This document shows positions 35,642-45,519 of a DNA stretch of 64,000 nucleotides, one piece after another. Source of the DNA: an uncultured delta proteobacterium. GTDB taxonomy: Bacteria > Desulfobacterota > Binatia > Bin18. Position 1 is the stretch's first letter. Every line of letters begins with the position of its first letter. The notes under the pieces were generated by a model. It was given only the letters and a program-made list of their open reading frames with translations, was not told the origin of the DNA and did no database searches. The stretch spans positions 21,032 to 85,031 of the forward strand of contig CAVTCR010000064.1 in assembly GCA_963733195.1 (NCBI GenBank), written 5' to 3'. A program made the translations under genes and the position numbers.

Positions 35642-36325
35642 TCATTTCCCAGCAGCCGTCTCAATTCCCAGCAGTTCGACCTCGAAGATGAGTGTTGCGC
35701 CGGGTTTGATCTTTGGCGGCGCGCCACGATCACCGTAAGCAATCGATGAGGGGCAGACCAAACGGCTCTTCTCGCCAACTTTCATCTTCTGTACGCCCTC
35801 AGTCCAACACGGAACGACTTGGTTGAGCGGAAAGGTCGCAGGTTGCCCGCGCTGCACCGAACTGTCGAATACGGTACCGTCAGTGAGCGTTCCATGGTAA
35901 TGAACCTTAACCGTGTCTGTAGCCTTGGGTGATGCCCCGTTTCCAGCCTTGATTGTGGAGAACACCAATCCAGACGCGGTCTTTGTCGCACCTTTTTCTG
36001 CTGCGGCTTTGGCAAGAAAGTCCGCTCCTGCTTTCTTTTCTACCTCAGCTCCTGCTGCCATGCGAGTCTGCTGAAGCTGCTGCACCTTTGGCATAGTTTC
36101 TTGCATGTTGACCTTTGGGGTTCGCTTGAGCACCCCATCAGTGAGCCCTGATTGCACCATCTCCAGTTCAGCCTCGCTCAGGTTAAAAGGACCCAGAGAC
36201 TGGCTCAGTGCCACACCAAGTGCATAGAAAGTCTTCTGCTCGTCCGTGGTCGGGTCAGCGGCAAATGCCGATGAGAGCGCAAGACAAAACACGGCAGTCA
36301 GTACAGAAGTGAAAACTTTATGCAT
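35642..36325 (-). CDS. fkpA: FKBP-type peptidyl-prolyl isomerase (FkpA/Mip-like)
   Basis: Signal peptide, FKBP_N dimerisation domain, VHYHGTL.DG.VFDSS, AYG..G, LIFEVELL. Confidence 0.88.
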   Translation of the reverse strand: MHKVFTSVLTAVFCLALSSAFAADPTTDEQKTFYALGVALSQSLGPFNLSEAELEMVQSGLTDGVLKRTPKVNMQETMPKVQQLQQTRMAAGAEVEKKAGADFLAKAAAEKGATKTASGLVFSTIKAGNGASPKATDTVKVHYHGTLTDGTVFDSSVQRGQPATFPLNQVVPCWTEGVQKMKVGEKSRLVCPSSIAYGDRGAPPKIKPGATLIFEVELLGIETAAGK

Positions 36326-36448
36326 AAAATATCCTTTTTCGTTAAACCTCCCTTTCCCATTGATCACGTACATGAACCAATAGTGAGGAAGTCCATAAAT
36401 TGATAACAGTGGAAGGCAGTCTAAGTGATCGGGGATAGACAATCAAGG

Positions 36449-36853
36449 TCAAGCTGACGCGGGGCGCTTCAGCCATTGCGGATTATTCACTAGAAGTTTC
36501 TCTCGCACACACTCGCGAGCATGCGCGAACACCAGCCCTCGGTACGAACCAGTATCAGCCTCACCCTTCCGAATACGTTGGCAGAGCTCTTTGGTTCGCT
36601 GTTGAATTGCTTTGCGTAGTTCAGACTGAGAAGATGGGCGCTCCATCACTGGCAGGAGTTGATTCAGTCGCTCCCACTCAGCGAAGAGATCTTCTTCTTC
36701 ATGCTCCAGCTCACGCATGACAGCACGGAGCACGTTCGCAGCCACCCGGCCGTAGAACTGTCGCGAGCCGGTGAGATTGGGTACCGCCTCTTCATCGAGG
36801 AAGTGCGTCACTGCTTGTAAGAATTCTATGACGGTTGGACGATCTTGCATCAT
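36449..36853 (-). CDS. DUF6285-like protein
   Basis: MQDRPT..E.L.AV..FL, RVAAN, KL.V.NP; coupled to the upstream APH gene. Confidence 0.7.
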   Translation of the reverse strand: MMQDRPTVIEFLQAVTHFLDEEAVPNLTGSRQFYGRVAANVLRAVMRELEHEEEDLFAEWERLNQLLPVMERPSSQSELRKAIQQRTKELCQRIRKGEADTGSYRGLVFAHARECVREKLLVNNPQWLKRPASA

Positions 36854-37890
36854 TCCTCCATGAGGTGGAGCAATTCCCACTCGGTCTCTGCTGTACGACG
36901 ACCAATCGCTGCAAGCTCGACACTGGGATTCTGTCCGTCAAGAAACGGCTGTGTCAGCGTGAGACAGAGCACTCCCCAGCGCAGATTGCCAAAGATTTCC
37001 CAGAAATGTACACGTGCTGGATCGACAGGGTATCCACCCGCTGCTTCGTATGCACGCCAGAAATCTTCGCGCTTGCCAACCCCACCAACCGGTAGTTCAT
37101 CGTTGCCAAAACGCCATGAGCGGACACACATCCAGCCGAGATCTTCTAATGGGTCACCGATGTGTGCGAGCTCCCAGTCTAAGATTGACCGCACACCGTC
37201 TGGACCGAAGATCACATTGCCCATGCGGTAGTCACCATGCACCAGCACCTGTGCTTGCTTTGCTGGCATATGTTGTCGTAACCAGCGGAAGGCAAGCTCA
37301 AAAGCCAGATGCGGTTCGCGTGACATCGTCTCGTACATCTCTTCAAAGCGTACGATCTCTTCCTCTGCTGGTGAACGCCCGTTTTGAGGGGCCGGGAGTC
37401 CTTCGAGACGATACTTGTCGATCGGAACACGATGAATACGCGCGAGCCGCGTGCCGAGCTGCTGCGCCATCGTTTGTCGAGCCTGGCTGAAGTTGGGGTC
37501 GCGGAACAAGCGGCGTGGAATCGTTTCACCTTCGATCCGTTCCATGATGAAGAACGGGACACCCAAGCTGTTATCGCCCAGAAAGTATGGCTTGGGCACT
37601 AAGACGCCCTCGGCATAGACTGCCTCGATAATGTGAAACTCTAGCGTACGATCCATCACCGATTGTGGTCCTTCGAGGGGGTCACTGCGCAGGATCAAAG
37701 GCAGGGTCTCTACTTGCCCATGCGTGTGCTCGATAATTGCATCGAACGACCAGGTTTGACGTGAAGCACCACCAGTGAGCAGTCGAAGATCTTTAATCTG
37801 CACTTGCCGAGCTTGGGAGGAACCTTTGATAAAATCGGCTAACAGAGGCGCAAGGTGCTCAGGAGACATCTGTTTAGTTGTAGAGGTCAT
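36850..37890 (-). CDS. Phosphotransferase (APH/ACAD10-kinase-like) family protein
   Basis: GGASRQT, VHGDYRMGN, LDWELAHIGDP.EDLGW. Confidence 0.88.
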   Translation of the reverse strand: MTSTTKQMSPEHLAPLLADFIKGSSQARQVQIKDLRLLTGGASRQTWSFDAIIEHTHGQVETLPLILRSDPLEGPQSVMDRTLEFHIIEAVYAEGVLVPKPYFLGDNSLGVPFFIMERIEGETIPRRLFRDPNFSQARQTMAQQLGTRLARIHRVPIDKYRLEGLPAPQNGRSPAEEEIVRFEEMYETMSREPHLAFELAFRWLRQHMPAKQAQVLVHGDYRMGNVIFGPDGVRSILDWELAHIGDPLEDLGWMCVRSWRFGNDELPVGGVGKREDFWRAYEAAGGYPVDPARVHFWEIFGNLRWGVLCLTLTQPFLDGQNPSVELAAIGRRTAETEWELLHLMEE

Positions 37891-37956
37891 GTCACGAATT
37901 ACGGATCACGTACCACGTGTCACGTATGACGTGTCGCGTAATGCGTGGTGCGTGTT
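37891..37956. repeat. Heptamer-periodic quasi-palindromic repeat, copy 1
   Basis: About nine degenerate 7-mers (TCACGAA TTACGGA TCACGTA CCACGTG ... ATGCGTG GTGCGTG). Confidence 0.7.
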
Positions 37957-38000
37957 TAAGGTAAGAATTCCAAGCTATTTTTGAGGGTCATCTCTGGGTT

Positions 38001-38210
38001 TTAGGAAAGGTATCCCATCGGCTCGCTTTTCAACATCTCGGCAATAATTTGTCCTTGGGTTTTCTGTCTCGGCGGTTTCTCGCTTTTCCCTTTCACTACA
38101 AACACTCCGTGGGTGTAGCGTCCCTCTCCCCGCTCGCACACGTTCCAGAGCTCTTGCCATCGTTCAGGATACCGTACCCAGGCTCGCATCAACTCGTCTT
38201 GTTTAGACAT
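38001..38210 (-). CDS. Small hypothetical protein
   Basis: 69-aa ORF with GGAGA RBS; may extend to 37975 through a frameshift. Confidence 0.45.
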   Translation of the reverse strand: MSKQDELMRAWVRYPERWQELWNVCERGEGRYTHGVFVVKGKSEKPPRQKTQGQIIAEMLKSEPMGYLS

Positions 38211-38392
38211 GCTCTGTTCTCTCCATTACAGATACTCCCCATCCTTACCGCCTCTAACAAACTTCGTCCTCCAGGTCTATCGCTTACCAACAGCTACGTA
38301 ACCGACTTGATTTCCCGGGGGCCAAGTGGAATGCTACAGCTTACATTCTTAACGTCACATAGCAATTTTTTATCTCTTAAGGAGGGCAGCTT

Positions 38393-39082
38393 ATGGGTTT
38401 GCCGAACGGGATTCATCACCTAGCTATCTGTACAAAGGACATCAAGAAGCAGATTGAGTTCTTTACCGACGTCTGCGGGATGGAACTCGTTGCGCTCTAT
38501 TGGATGCATGGAGTGAAAAACACCTTCCACGGTTTTCTCAAAATGGGCGACAGTTCTTCGATTGCTTTCGTTCAGGGACCGGAAGTGGGTGAAATCCAAC
38601 CCATCAAAGGAGTCTCTCATCCAGCTTGGACTGCGTCGCCAGTCGCACCCGGCGCCATGCAGCACATCGCCATGAACGTCAATACCGAAGCAGACCTCCT
38701 GAGCATGCGTGATCGCGTGCGTGACCGTGGCTATTGGGTAATGGGCCCCATAGATCATGGCTTCTGTAAATCGATCTATTTTGCTGGCCCTGAAGGTTTG
38801 ATGTTGGAGTTCTCAACCTCTGAAGGGCAGGCAATTGATGCCGAGGCATGGATTGATCCAGAGGTAGTGAAGTTAGCGGGCATCAAGCCAGAAGAATTGC
38901 AGCGCTACAAAGCTCCCGCAGCGTTCGAGTCGCAAGGCGGTAAGGTCCCACAAGTCGCCCCTGAAAAGAGTAAGTTGATGATGGAATTTCCACCCGAGAA
39001 CAGCGCGGTCCTGAAGATGACAGATGAAGAGATCCTGAAGCGATTGAGCGAGACGACACCACCAGTACAGGTGCAGCGCTGA
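38393..39082 (+). CDS. VOC (glyoxalase/bleomycin resistance) family protein
   Basis: GIHHLAI, MQHIAM, DHGFCKSIYFAGPEGLMLE. Confidence 0.88.
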   Translation: MGLPNGIHHLAICTKDIKKQIEFFTDVCGMELVALYWMHGVKNTFHGFLKMGDSSSIAFVQGPEVGEIQPIKGVSHPAWTASPVAPGAMQHIAMNVNTEADLLSMRDRVRDRGYWVMGPIDHGFCKSIYFAGPEGLMLEFSTSEGQAIDAEAWIDPEVVKLAGIKPEELQRYKAPAAFESQGGKVPQVAPEKSKLMMEFPPENSAVLKMTDEEILKRLSETTPPVQVQR

Positions 39083-39110
39083 GGAAATAGGACAGAACGC
39101 CGTGTATAAG

Positions 39111-39171
39111 AATCACGCAACACGCATTACGCATCACGTGTTACATGGTACGTGGTGCGTGTTACGTGGAC
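39111..39171. repeat. Heptamer-periodic quasi-palindromic repeat, copy 2 (inverted relative to copy 1)
   Basis: CACGCAA CACGCAT TACGCAT CACGTGT TACATGG TACGTGG TGCGTGT TACGTGG. Confidence 0.7.
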
Positions 39172-39194
39172 TAAGTCCCCACGTTTAGTATTGA

Positions 39195-39450
39195 TCACCT
39201 CAAGTGCGACATCACCTGCTTGGCAAACAATTCGAGCGACTGCAAAACTTGCTCGTGCGGGAAACTGCCAAAGTTCACTTCAAAAATTGGTTAGGTTAAG
39301 CGAAAGTCCTTCTGTGTACGTTGCAAGCGTTGGATGCATTTTTCCGGACTGCCAAAGATTATGCAGTCTCCTTTATCAAGATCTTGATACGTAGCGCTTC
39401 CCATCACTTTTGTCAGGCCGCCTTTGTACACCTCATAGTCCTCGACTGAA
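39195..39450 (-). pseudogene. C-terminal remnant of an LLM monooxygenase
   Basis: IIFGSPEKCIQRL...RLT*PIFEVNFGSFPHEQVLQSLELFAKQVMSHLR with an internal stop and no N-terminus. Confidence 0.72.
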
Positions 39451-39505
39451 AAGCAGTTTGCTATGGTGCAAAGCAAGTGAATAATTCCCCCAAAGGAGGC
39501 ATACA

Positions 39506-40417
39506 ATGCGTATCGGCATGATGATCGGTGAAGGTGCGGGTGAGTCACCAACGTTGGACGAAATCATTACTCGCGCGCAACGAGTTGAGGCTGCTGGCCT
39601 AGCCTCAGGTTGGATGGCGCATATCTTCGCGTACGACGCCATGACTATGCTCGCTCTGGTTGGACGGGAAACCAAGCGGATCGAGTTAGGAACCGCTGTC
39701 GTTGCCACCTACCCACGCCATCCTGTGGCGATGGCACAGCAAGCACTAACGACACAGGCTGCAAGTCATGGGCGGTTTACGTTGGGGATTGGTCTCTCCC
39801 ATCAAGTCGTGATTGAGAAAATGTATGGCCTGTCGTACGCACGGCGTATTTCTCACATGCGAGAGTATCTTTCTGTGCTGAAACCACTCCTGCGTGGAGA
39901 AGCGGCGAAGTATCGCGGCAAAGAATACAACGTCAACATGGGGCTCACGGTACACGGGGCGACTCCGGTGCCGATCATCATGGCCGCGCTAGGACCGCAA
40001 ATGCTCGACCTTTGTGGTCGAGAAGCGACCGGCACCCTCACTTGGATGGCAGGTCACAAAGCCCTCAAAGAACACGTCGTACCTCGTATAACTACTGCCG
40101 CCCGCGAGTCTGGCAACGCCGCACCACGAGTGATTGCCGGCATGCCGATCGCAATTGCGAATGATACGACCAAAGCCCGAGAAGTCGCTGCTAAAGTGTT
40201 TCATGTCTATCGCGATCTGCCAGCGTATCGCACGATGCTCGATCGTGAAGGCGTAGCAGAGCCCGTCGATGTCGCATTAGTCGGCGACCCAGCAACCGTA
40301 AAAGGTGAACTAAAGCGACTCGAAGATATTGGTGTGACTGATCTCTGTGCTTTCGTTTTCCACGCCGAGCCGGGAGCGTTTGAGCGAACGGTAGATTTTC
40401 TAGGGTCGCTGACGTGA
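39506..40417 (+). CDS. LLM class probable F420-dependent oxidoreductase
   Basis: IELGTAVVATYPRHP, GRFTLGIGLSH, AALGPQML. Confidence 0.88.
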   Translation: MRIGMMIGEGAGESPTLDEIITRAQRVEAAGLASGWMAHIFAYDAMTMLALVGRETKRIELGTAVVATYPRHPVAMAQQALTTQAASHGRFTLGIGLSHQVVIEKMYGLSYARRISHMREYLSVLKPLLRGEAAKYRGKEYNVNMGLTVHGATPVPIIMAALGPQMLDLCGREATGTLTWMAGHKALKEHVVPRITTAARESGNAAPRVIAGMPIAIANDTTKAREVAAKVFHVYRDLPAYRTMLDREGVAEPVDVALVGDPATVKGELKRLEDIGVTDLCAFVFHAEPGAFERTVDFLGSLT

Positions 40418-40433
40418 CGGAGCACACAACCCT

Positions 40434-40603
40434 CAATTAGACCGCAAAAGGTTGGTCCATCAAGCCTGTCACCCTAAGTGCAGCGAAGGGTCTCTCAAGA
40501 GAGACTTCGCGGAGTTTATCCTGAGCAAAGTCGAAGGGCTCAGAATGACATAGCCGGGTGGTCGCATCAGAAAATGTACGAATGTCATACACTCTGGTTT
40601 AGT
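40434..40603. repeat. Nested palindromic intergenic element (TGTCA..CTGAG/CTCAGAATGACA family), MITE/REP-like
   Basis: Core TGTCACCCTAAG...GCGAAGGGTCTC...TTTATCCTGAGC...GAAGGGCTCAGAATGACA at 40467-40550; related copy at 53449. Confidence 0.65.
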
Positions 40604-40606
40604 TTT

Positions 40607-41344
40607 CTACGACAAACTCATCCCGCCATCGATGATAATCATCTGCCCGGTCACATACGATGATAACGGCGACGCGAGGAAGAGCGAAACACCGCCCATT
40701 TCTTCCGGCGTTCCCCATCGATGCAAGGGGATCTCATTCAGTGAGTCTTCATAGCGACGCGGATGGTTCCATGTCACTTTGGTGATCTTCGTTGCCACGA
40801 GTCCAGGGGCGATGCCGTTGACACGAATACCATCGGTTGCCCAGGCTTCGGCTAATGACTTCGTGAACGTTACCAACGCTCCTTTGCTTGCACTATACGC
40901 TGGATTGCCAAACACTGCGTGGAAACTCGCACCAGAACCGACGATAACGACCGTTCCTTTTGTCGCTTTTAGCATCTCATAGAACTTCATGCAGCAGCTC
41001 ATCACACTCATCAGGTTCACATCGAGTACTTTGCGAAAGTTCAGCATTTGGAACTCGGCGCGTTTGTACATCACAATTCCTTGTGACAACACCAGCGTAT
41101 CGAGAGAGGAGAACGGCGGCTTAAGGTTCTCGACGATTGCGTCGTCCGACACATCCCACTGAAAATAGGTCATGCCAGAAAAGTCGGAGGCTTCGTCATC
41201 TGCATAGGCACTGGCTGATACTCTTGTCCCACTGACAAAGACGTTCGCACCATGGTCGCGAAACACGCGGGCAATGCCGTTCCCGATTCCACTGGAACCA
41301 CCAACGACGAGGACATTCTTACCGTGAAAGTCGATTTCATTCAT
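40607..41344 (-). CDS. Short-chain dehydrogenase/reductase
   Basis: VGGSSGIG, YSASK, VNGIAPG, DGG. Confidence 0.9.
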   Translation of the reverse strand: MNEIDFHGKNVLVVGGSSGIGNGIARVFRDHGANVFVSGTRVSASAYADDEASDFSGMTYFQWDVSDDAIVENLKPPFSSLDTLVLSQGIVMYKRAEFQMLNFRKVLDVNLMSVMSCCMKFYEMLKATKGTVVIVGSGASFHAVFGNPAYSASKGALVTFTKSLAEAWATDGIRVNGIAPGLVATKITKVTWNHPRRYEDSLNEIPLHRWGTPEEMGGVSLFLASPLSSYVTGQMIIIDGGMSLS

Positions 41345-41354
41345 ACCGATATCC

Positions 41355-42317
41355 TTACGAAGTGAACGATGAATTTTTAGAGCGTGATGAAGCGACGGCA
41401 TCAAGCCACGCCAAAACTGCGTCAAGAAACGGCGGGAGACTTTTGTATAGTCGCATGGGCTCCGGCATGGTGCGGATGGTCGAAGCTAATTCAGCAGCGC
41501 GTTCGGGTTGAGTTGCGAGTTGACACAAAGGCCGTACATGCACACGGATGGTAAACACAATATTTTGCGTCCGCGGCAGACGACGCAGCGTTTGTCGTTC
41601 CATACGAATCCACAATTTGTCTCCGGCATTCTGCGCGGTGATATCGGGATTCAGTCCTTTGCGACCATGTCCCGTCGGCTGAAAGAGGGTGGGATCATCG
41701 ATGAGACCCCAGTTCACTCGCCAGACCGGCTTGTCCACTTTAAGCCGATCGAAGAAGCGATCCATTGTCGAAGCAAGCTCTTCTTCGTACCCCGGAACTG
41801 GTCCATGCACGGCATTCAGCGGTTTCCCTAACTTGTCGGCGAGACGCCAGCGTGTAGGAAAACAGAGTGACGCGCCAACAAGACGGTATACTCCACTTGC
41901 TGCGTCCAATCGCATCAAGCACAGGTCCTCCTGCACCAAGCGTCCAGCAAGATCGAGTGGGTGCAAACTCTGCTGCGTAAAATCCCACGCCTGCAGCGTC
42001 GCAAGGTTATGCAGCAGATTCCCTTCTCGTTTAAATAACGTGGGAAATCTCGCTGGCAGATGTGCCACAATCAGTTCTAAGACTTCAGCCGATCCGTCAA
42101 AAGCTTCTGGAAGTACGGAAAAGACCTCTGGATGACGTTCACGCAGCAGCCGTTCCTTTTCCGCCAGCTCGACTACCATACTCTCATCCGGCTCGATCCA
42201 ATCTTGAAGATCAAGCGGCAAGAGGTTCATTGCTAAACGAAATCGCCCAGTTTTATACGGGGCATACTCTGGTGCACACGGCAATTGCGGAGTCGTACTC
42301 TGGTCGGTCACGGTCAT
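41355..42317 (-). CDS. DUF3445 / heme-dependent oxidative N-demethylase alpha-subunit-like protein
   Basis: VQEDLC, CFPTRW...KLG..L..VH.PVP, R.NW, R.ERQTLRRLP....FTIR. Confidence 0.82.
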   Translation of the reverse strand: MTVTDQSTTPQLPCAPEYAPYKTGRFRLAMNLLPLDLQDWIEPDESMVVELAEKERLLRERHPEVFSVLPEAFDGSAEVLELIVAHLPARFPTLFKREGNLLHNLATLQAWDFTQQSLHPLDLAGRLVQEDLCLMRLDAASGVYRLVGASLCFPTRWRLADKLGKPLNAVHGPVPGYEEELASTMDRFFDRLKVDKPVWRVNWGLIDDPTLFQPTGHGRKGLNPDITAQNAGDKLWIRMERQTLRRLPRTQNIVFTIRVHVRPLCQLATQPERAAELASTIRTMPEPMRLYKSLPPFLDAVLAWLDAVASSRSKNSSFTS

Positions 42318-42410
42318 CTTTTTAGGGAGTCACAACGGTTCGCGCAAGAGCGAGTACACAGCAGAAGCTGCACCTTTCTTTACTACGCAGTTGTAATCCA
42401 TTGCAGAACC

Positions 42411-42433
42411 GTAGGGCGGGCTTTGCCCGCCAT
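42411..42433 (+). repeat. GTAG-family REP element
   Basis: GTAGGGCGGGCTTTGCCCGCCAT; near-identical inverted copy at 52104. Confidence 0.7.
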
Positions 42434-42487
42434 CGCTCGGCTAGACAAATCGATATCTTAGTGTACCAGACACATAGAGGAGGAACC

Positions 42488-43168
42488 ATGGCGCAATTGC
42501 GGCCCGTCACGAAAGACCTGTGGGTGATTGATCATCCGTTGCAGGTAGGAGGTTTACACCTCGGCACGCGCACAACCGTTGTCCGACTTTCCAATGGTGG
42601 TCTCTGGCTTCACTCACCTGGACCGCTGTCACCGGAACTTATGAATGAGATTGCAGCACTCGGATCGGTTCAGGCGATCGTCGCACCAAACGCGATGCAT
42701 CACTTGTACCTCACCGAGAACCTCCGCACGTTTCCCAATGCAGCCGTGTATGTTTCTCCGGCCCTCCCGGCGAAGCTCAAAGAACAACATTCGTATGAGG
42801 TCCTGGGCGACGATCCACCAGAACTGTGGCGTAACGAACTTGCCCAACATCTCATGCGTGGTATGCCCAAGCTCCAGGAAATAGTCTTCTTTCACCACGC
42901 AAGTCGTACCCTCGTCCTGACTGATCTCGCCTTTCATATTCGGAATTCTGACTCATGGTTTACTCGGCTCTTTATGCGTCTGAACGGAGCCTATGGTCAC
43001 TTTGGACCCTCGCGTATACTTCGTACCCTTGTGAAAGATCGGGCAGCCCTCCGCTCTTCACTTAAGCGGATACAGGAGTGGGATTTTGATCGCATCATCG
43101 TCGCGCATGGCGAGGTGCTTGAGCAGGGTGGGAAGCTCACAGTCCAAACTCAATACGCTTGGGTCTAA
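42488..43168 (+). CDS. DUF4336 domain protein (metallo-beta-lactamase-like)
   Basis: TRTTVVRL, HSP, APN..HHL, E.VFFH..SRTL.LTDL, WDFDRII.AHG. Confidence 0.82.
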   Translation: MAQLRPVTKDLWVIDHPLQVGGLHLGTRTTVVRLSNGGLWLHSPGPLSPELMNEIAALGSVQAIVAPNAMHHLYLTENLRTFPNAAVYVSPALPAKLKEQHSYEVLGDDPPELWRNELAQHLMRGMPKLQEIVFFHHASRTLVLTDLAFHIRNSDSWFTRLFMRLNGAYGHFGPSRILRTLVKDRAALRSSLKRIQEWDFDRIIVAHGEVLEQGGKLTVQTQYAWV

Positions 43169-43217
43169 TGACTCGGCCATGAAACCCCGTTGCTCTTTGA
43201 GGTTAAAGAGCTTGCCC

Positions 43218-44197
43218 TTATCCACTAAACGCCTCTAATGTAGCTCTAACGCCACGGTTGTAGTCTCCGTCGATCGCCATCGGAAAGAGCACGACATATG
43301 ACGCGCCGGCTTTTTCAAATTCTTCTATCTTCTTGTGACACTCTGTGCAGTACCCATCGCCGCGACTTGCTCGGCCATGTTTTCCGACACGGCGGTCGCC
43401 GCGGCTGCCATATCGCCTTTCGCAGCCGCGGCTGCAATCTGTTCCGCTTCTTTGACAAACCCTTGTCGTGCCAGGAAGCGATTGTACAGGGGACGCTGCC
43501 CATACGCCGCAAGCACTCGTCGCACCGCACGGAGCGCTACATCACGATCCGAGGATACGCAACAATGAACAAGCGGGGCGATGGGCATATCCGCTAGTGA
43601 TCTGCCAGCACGTTGTGCACCGCGAATGAGATGTTCTTTCACTTCCTGTAATCCGTGTGGTGCACACTGGGAGGTAAAGCATCCGTCAGCAAGCTCACCT
43701 GTGACTTCCAGACATTTTTGCGAGGCAGTACCGACGTACACAGGAATCTTATGCATGGCCTGCGGGACAGTCATGCCCATCTTTTTCATCTGTGACAGCG
43801 TCTCATGCTCGCCACACAACGCACTGGTCAATGATCGAATGTACTCACGCAGTACTGCTGCGGGGTTTTTCATCTCGATGCCATACAACTTGTTCAGGGC
43901 TTCGGAGCTGGTCCCCAGTCCGAGCAATAAACGCCCTGGAGCGAAACGATCGATCGTCATTGCATGCAGTGCCGCTAACAACGATGGGCGTAGGTACACA
44001 TTGGTGATGCAAGTACCAACCTGAATGCGAGAGGTGACGCTTGCCAGGTGCTGAGCCACAGCCAGTGCATCAGAGCCAGCTTCAGAGACTAACACAGAGC
44101 GGAACCCACGTTCTTCTGCCATCCGCGCATACGTCACCAAGTTCTCTACCGCACCAGGAGCCAGGCTGTTAGTGAGAACGAGTGCAGGTGTTTGCAT
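43218..44197 (-). CDS. LLM class flavin-dependent oxidoreductase, frameshift near 43340
   Basis: RIQVGT.I.N.Y.R, GRLLLGLG, GELADG; continues ECHKKIEEFEKAGASYVVLFP to a stop at 43218. Confidence 0.82.
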
Positions 44198-44332
44198 TAT
44201 CGATGTCCTCCGTCCGTTGCTTCTTTAGCACCATAGTGCTCAACGCACGATACGCTGGAGATGCAAAACATAGCAACTGAGGCCCTCCCGAAGAAAGAAT
44301 AAGATGCCTGTTATATCCTCTGCAAAAGATCA

Positions 44333-44493
44333 GGACATCATCTCATAAATCGTACGGATACTGACGTCATGCTTCTTGAAGTCGGCGACCGCAGTGCAGG
44401 AGATTCGGTGAGCTATCCGGCTGATGATATTCAGGCCGTCTTAGGTACTGACGGTAAGGGCAGTTTACACATAAGGACGGTAGGCCGTACTAA
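44333..44493 (+). pseudogene. C-terminal remnant of a cupin-domain protein
   Basis: GHHLINRTDTDVMLLEVGDRSAGDSVSYPADDIQAV, then after a frameshift FTHKDGRPY*. Confidence 0.65.
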
Positions 44494-44542
44494 ACCTATT
44501 CGTTCGCAAGATCTATGAATTGAAACCACTCTCGGAGTCAGT

Positions 44543-45322
44543 ATGGGAAGAATGCATCTTTTTGAATTTGAAGATCAGCCGTGGTTTCCGCGATTGATTC
44601 GCGCGTACATGCAAGATCATCTGACGTTCATGGGCAATCTGTCGGGACCAGCCTACCAGGCTTTCGTGGAAAAGCTGAAAGGTGCGATGGAACGCTTGCG
44701 ACAGAATGAACTGCTGGATCTCTGTTCTGGCAGCGGCGGCCCAGCGCGCACGGTCGTGCGGTTGTTGCGCGAGCAGGGGCTAGAGGCGCGTGCCCGCCTG
44801 AGCGATTTATTTCCCAACGTGACTGCATACCAACAGCTAGCGAAAGAGTCTGGCGGGACGCTGCAAGGCGTGGATGCTTCGGTGGACGCCACCAACGTGC
44901 CCGCAGAGCTGAACGGTGTTCGCCTCATCGCCAATGGGTTTCATCATTTTCCTCCTGCACAGGCCAAACAAGTGTTAGCCGATGCGGTCACGAAACGCCA
45001 AGGTATTGCCGTGATTGAGATGGTCAATCGCTCAGCTTTCGCTTTTGTCGGGGTCTTGATAGGCACCGTGATGGTGTTTTTTGCGGCTCCTTTTCTCAAA
45101 CCGTTTCGTGTTTCCCGCTTGGTGTTTACTTATCTTGTACCTCTCGTTCCACTGTTTTTATTGTGGGATGGGTTTGTCTCTTGTTTGCGAGTCTATTCCC
45201 CTGCCGAACTGCGAGACTTAGTCTCGCAGCTTGGCGCCACGAACTACGAGTGGGACATTGGTACGACTCGTGTCGGCCCCGGAGTGGCGACGTATCTGAT
45301 TGGCATCCCCGCGGTATCTTAA
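44543..45322 (+). CDS. Class I SAM-dependent methyltransferase-like protein
   Basis: HLFEFEDQPWFP, LDLCSGSGGP, VDAT.VP, FHHF, WDG.VSCLR.Y. Confidence 0.8.
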   Translation: MGRMHLFEFEDQPWFPRLIRAYMQDHLTFMGNLSGPAYQAFVEKLKGAMERLRQNELLDLCSGSGGPARTVVRLLREQGLEARARLSDLFPNVTAYQQLAKESGGTLQGVDASVDATNVPAELNGVRLIANGFHHFPPAQAKQVLADAVTKRQGIAVIEMVNRSAFAFVGVLIGTVMVFFAAPFLKPFRVSRLVFTYLVPLVPLFLLWDGFVSCLRVYSPAELRDLVSQLGATNYEWDIGTTRVGPGVATYLIGIPAVS

Positions 45323-45519
45323 GTAGAGAACCGCCTGTTCAAGAGAGGGAGGCGAGGAGGTATGTCGTTCTAAGGATAGCAACCAGACCAGGAAGAACAT
45401 TGAATAGCGTGTATGCACGGCACACACTCCCTAACGGCACTAGGTACCAAGCTGTTCGTCACAATGAGTGCCAGGTTTGCATTGTTAAGGTTCTCTGTAT
45501 TTTTTTGCAATGGTCACGA

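Noticed and set aside
37891-39171. CRISPR array
   Set aside because: Units are 7-nt degenerate tandem repeats without spacers; no cas genes
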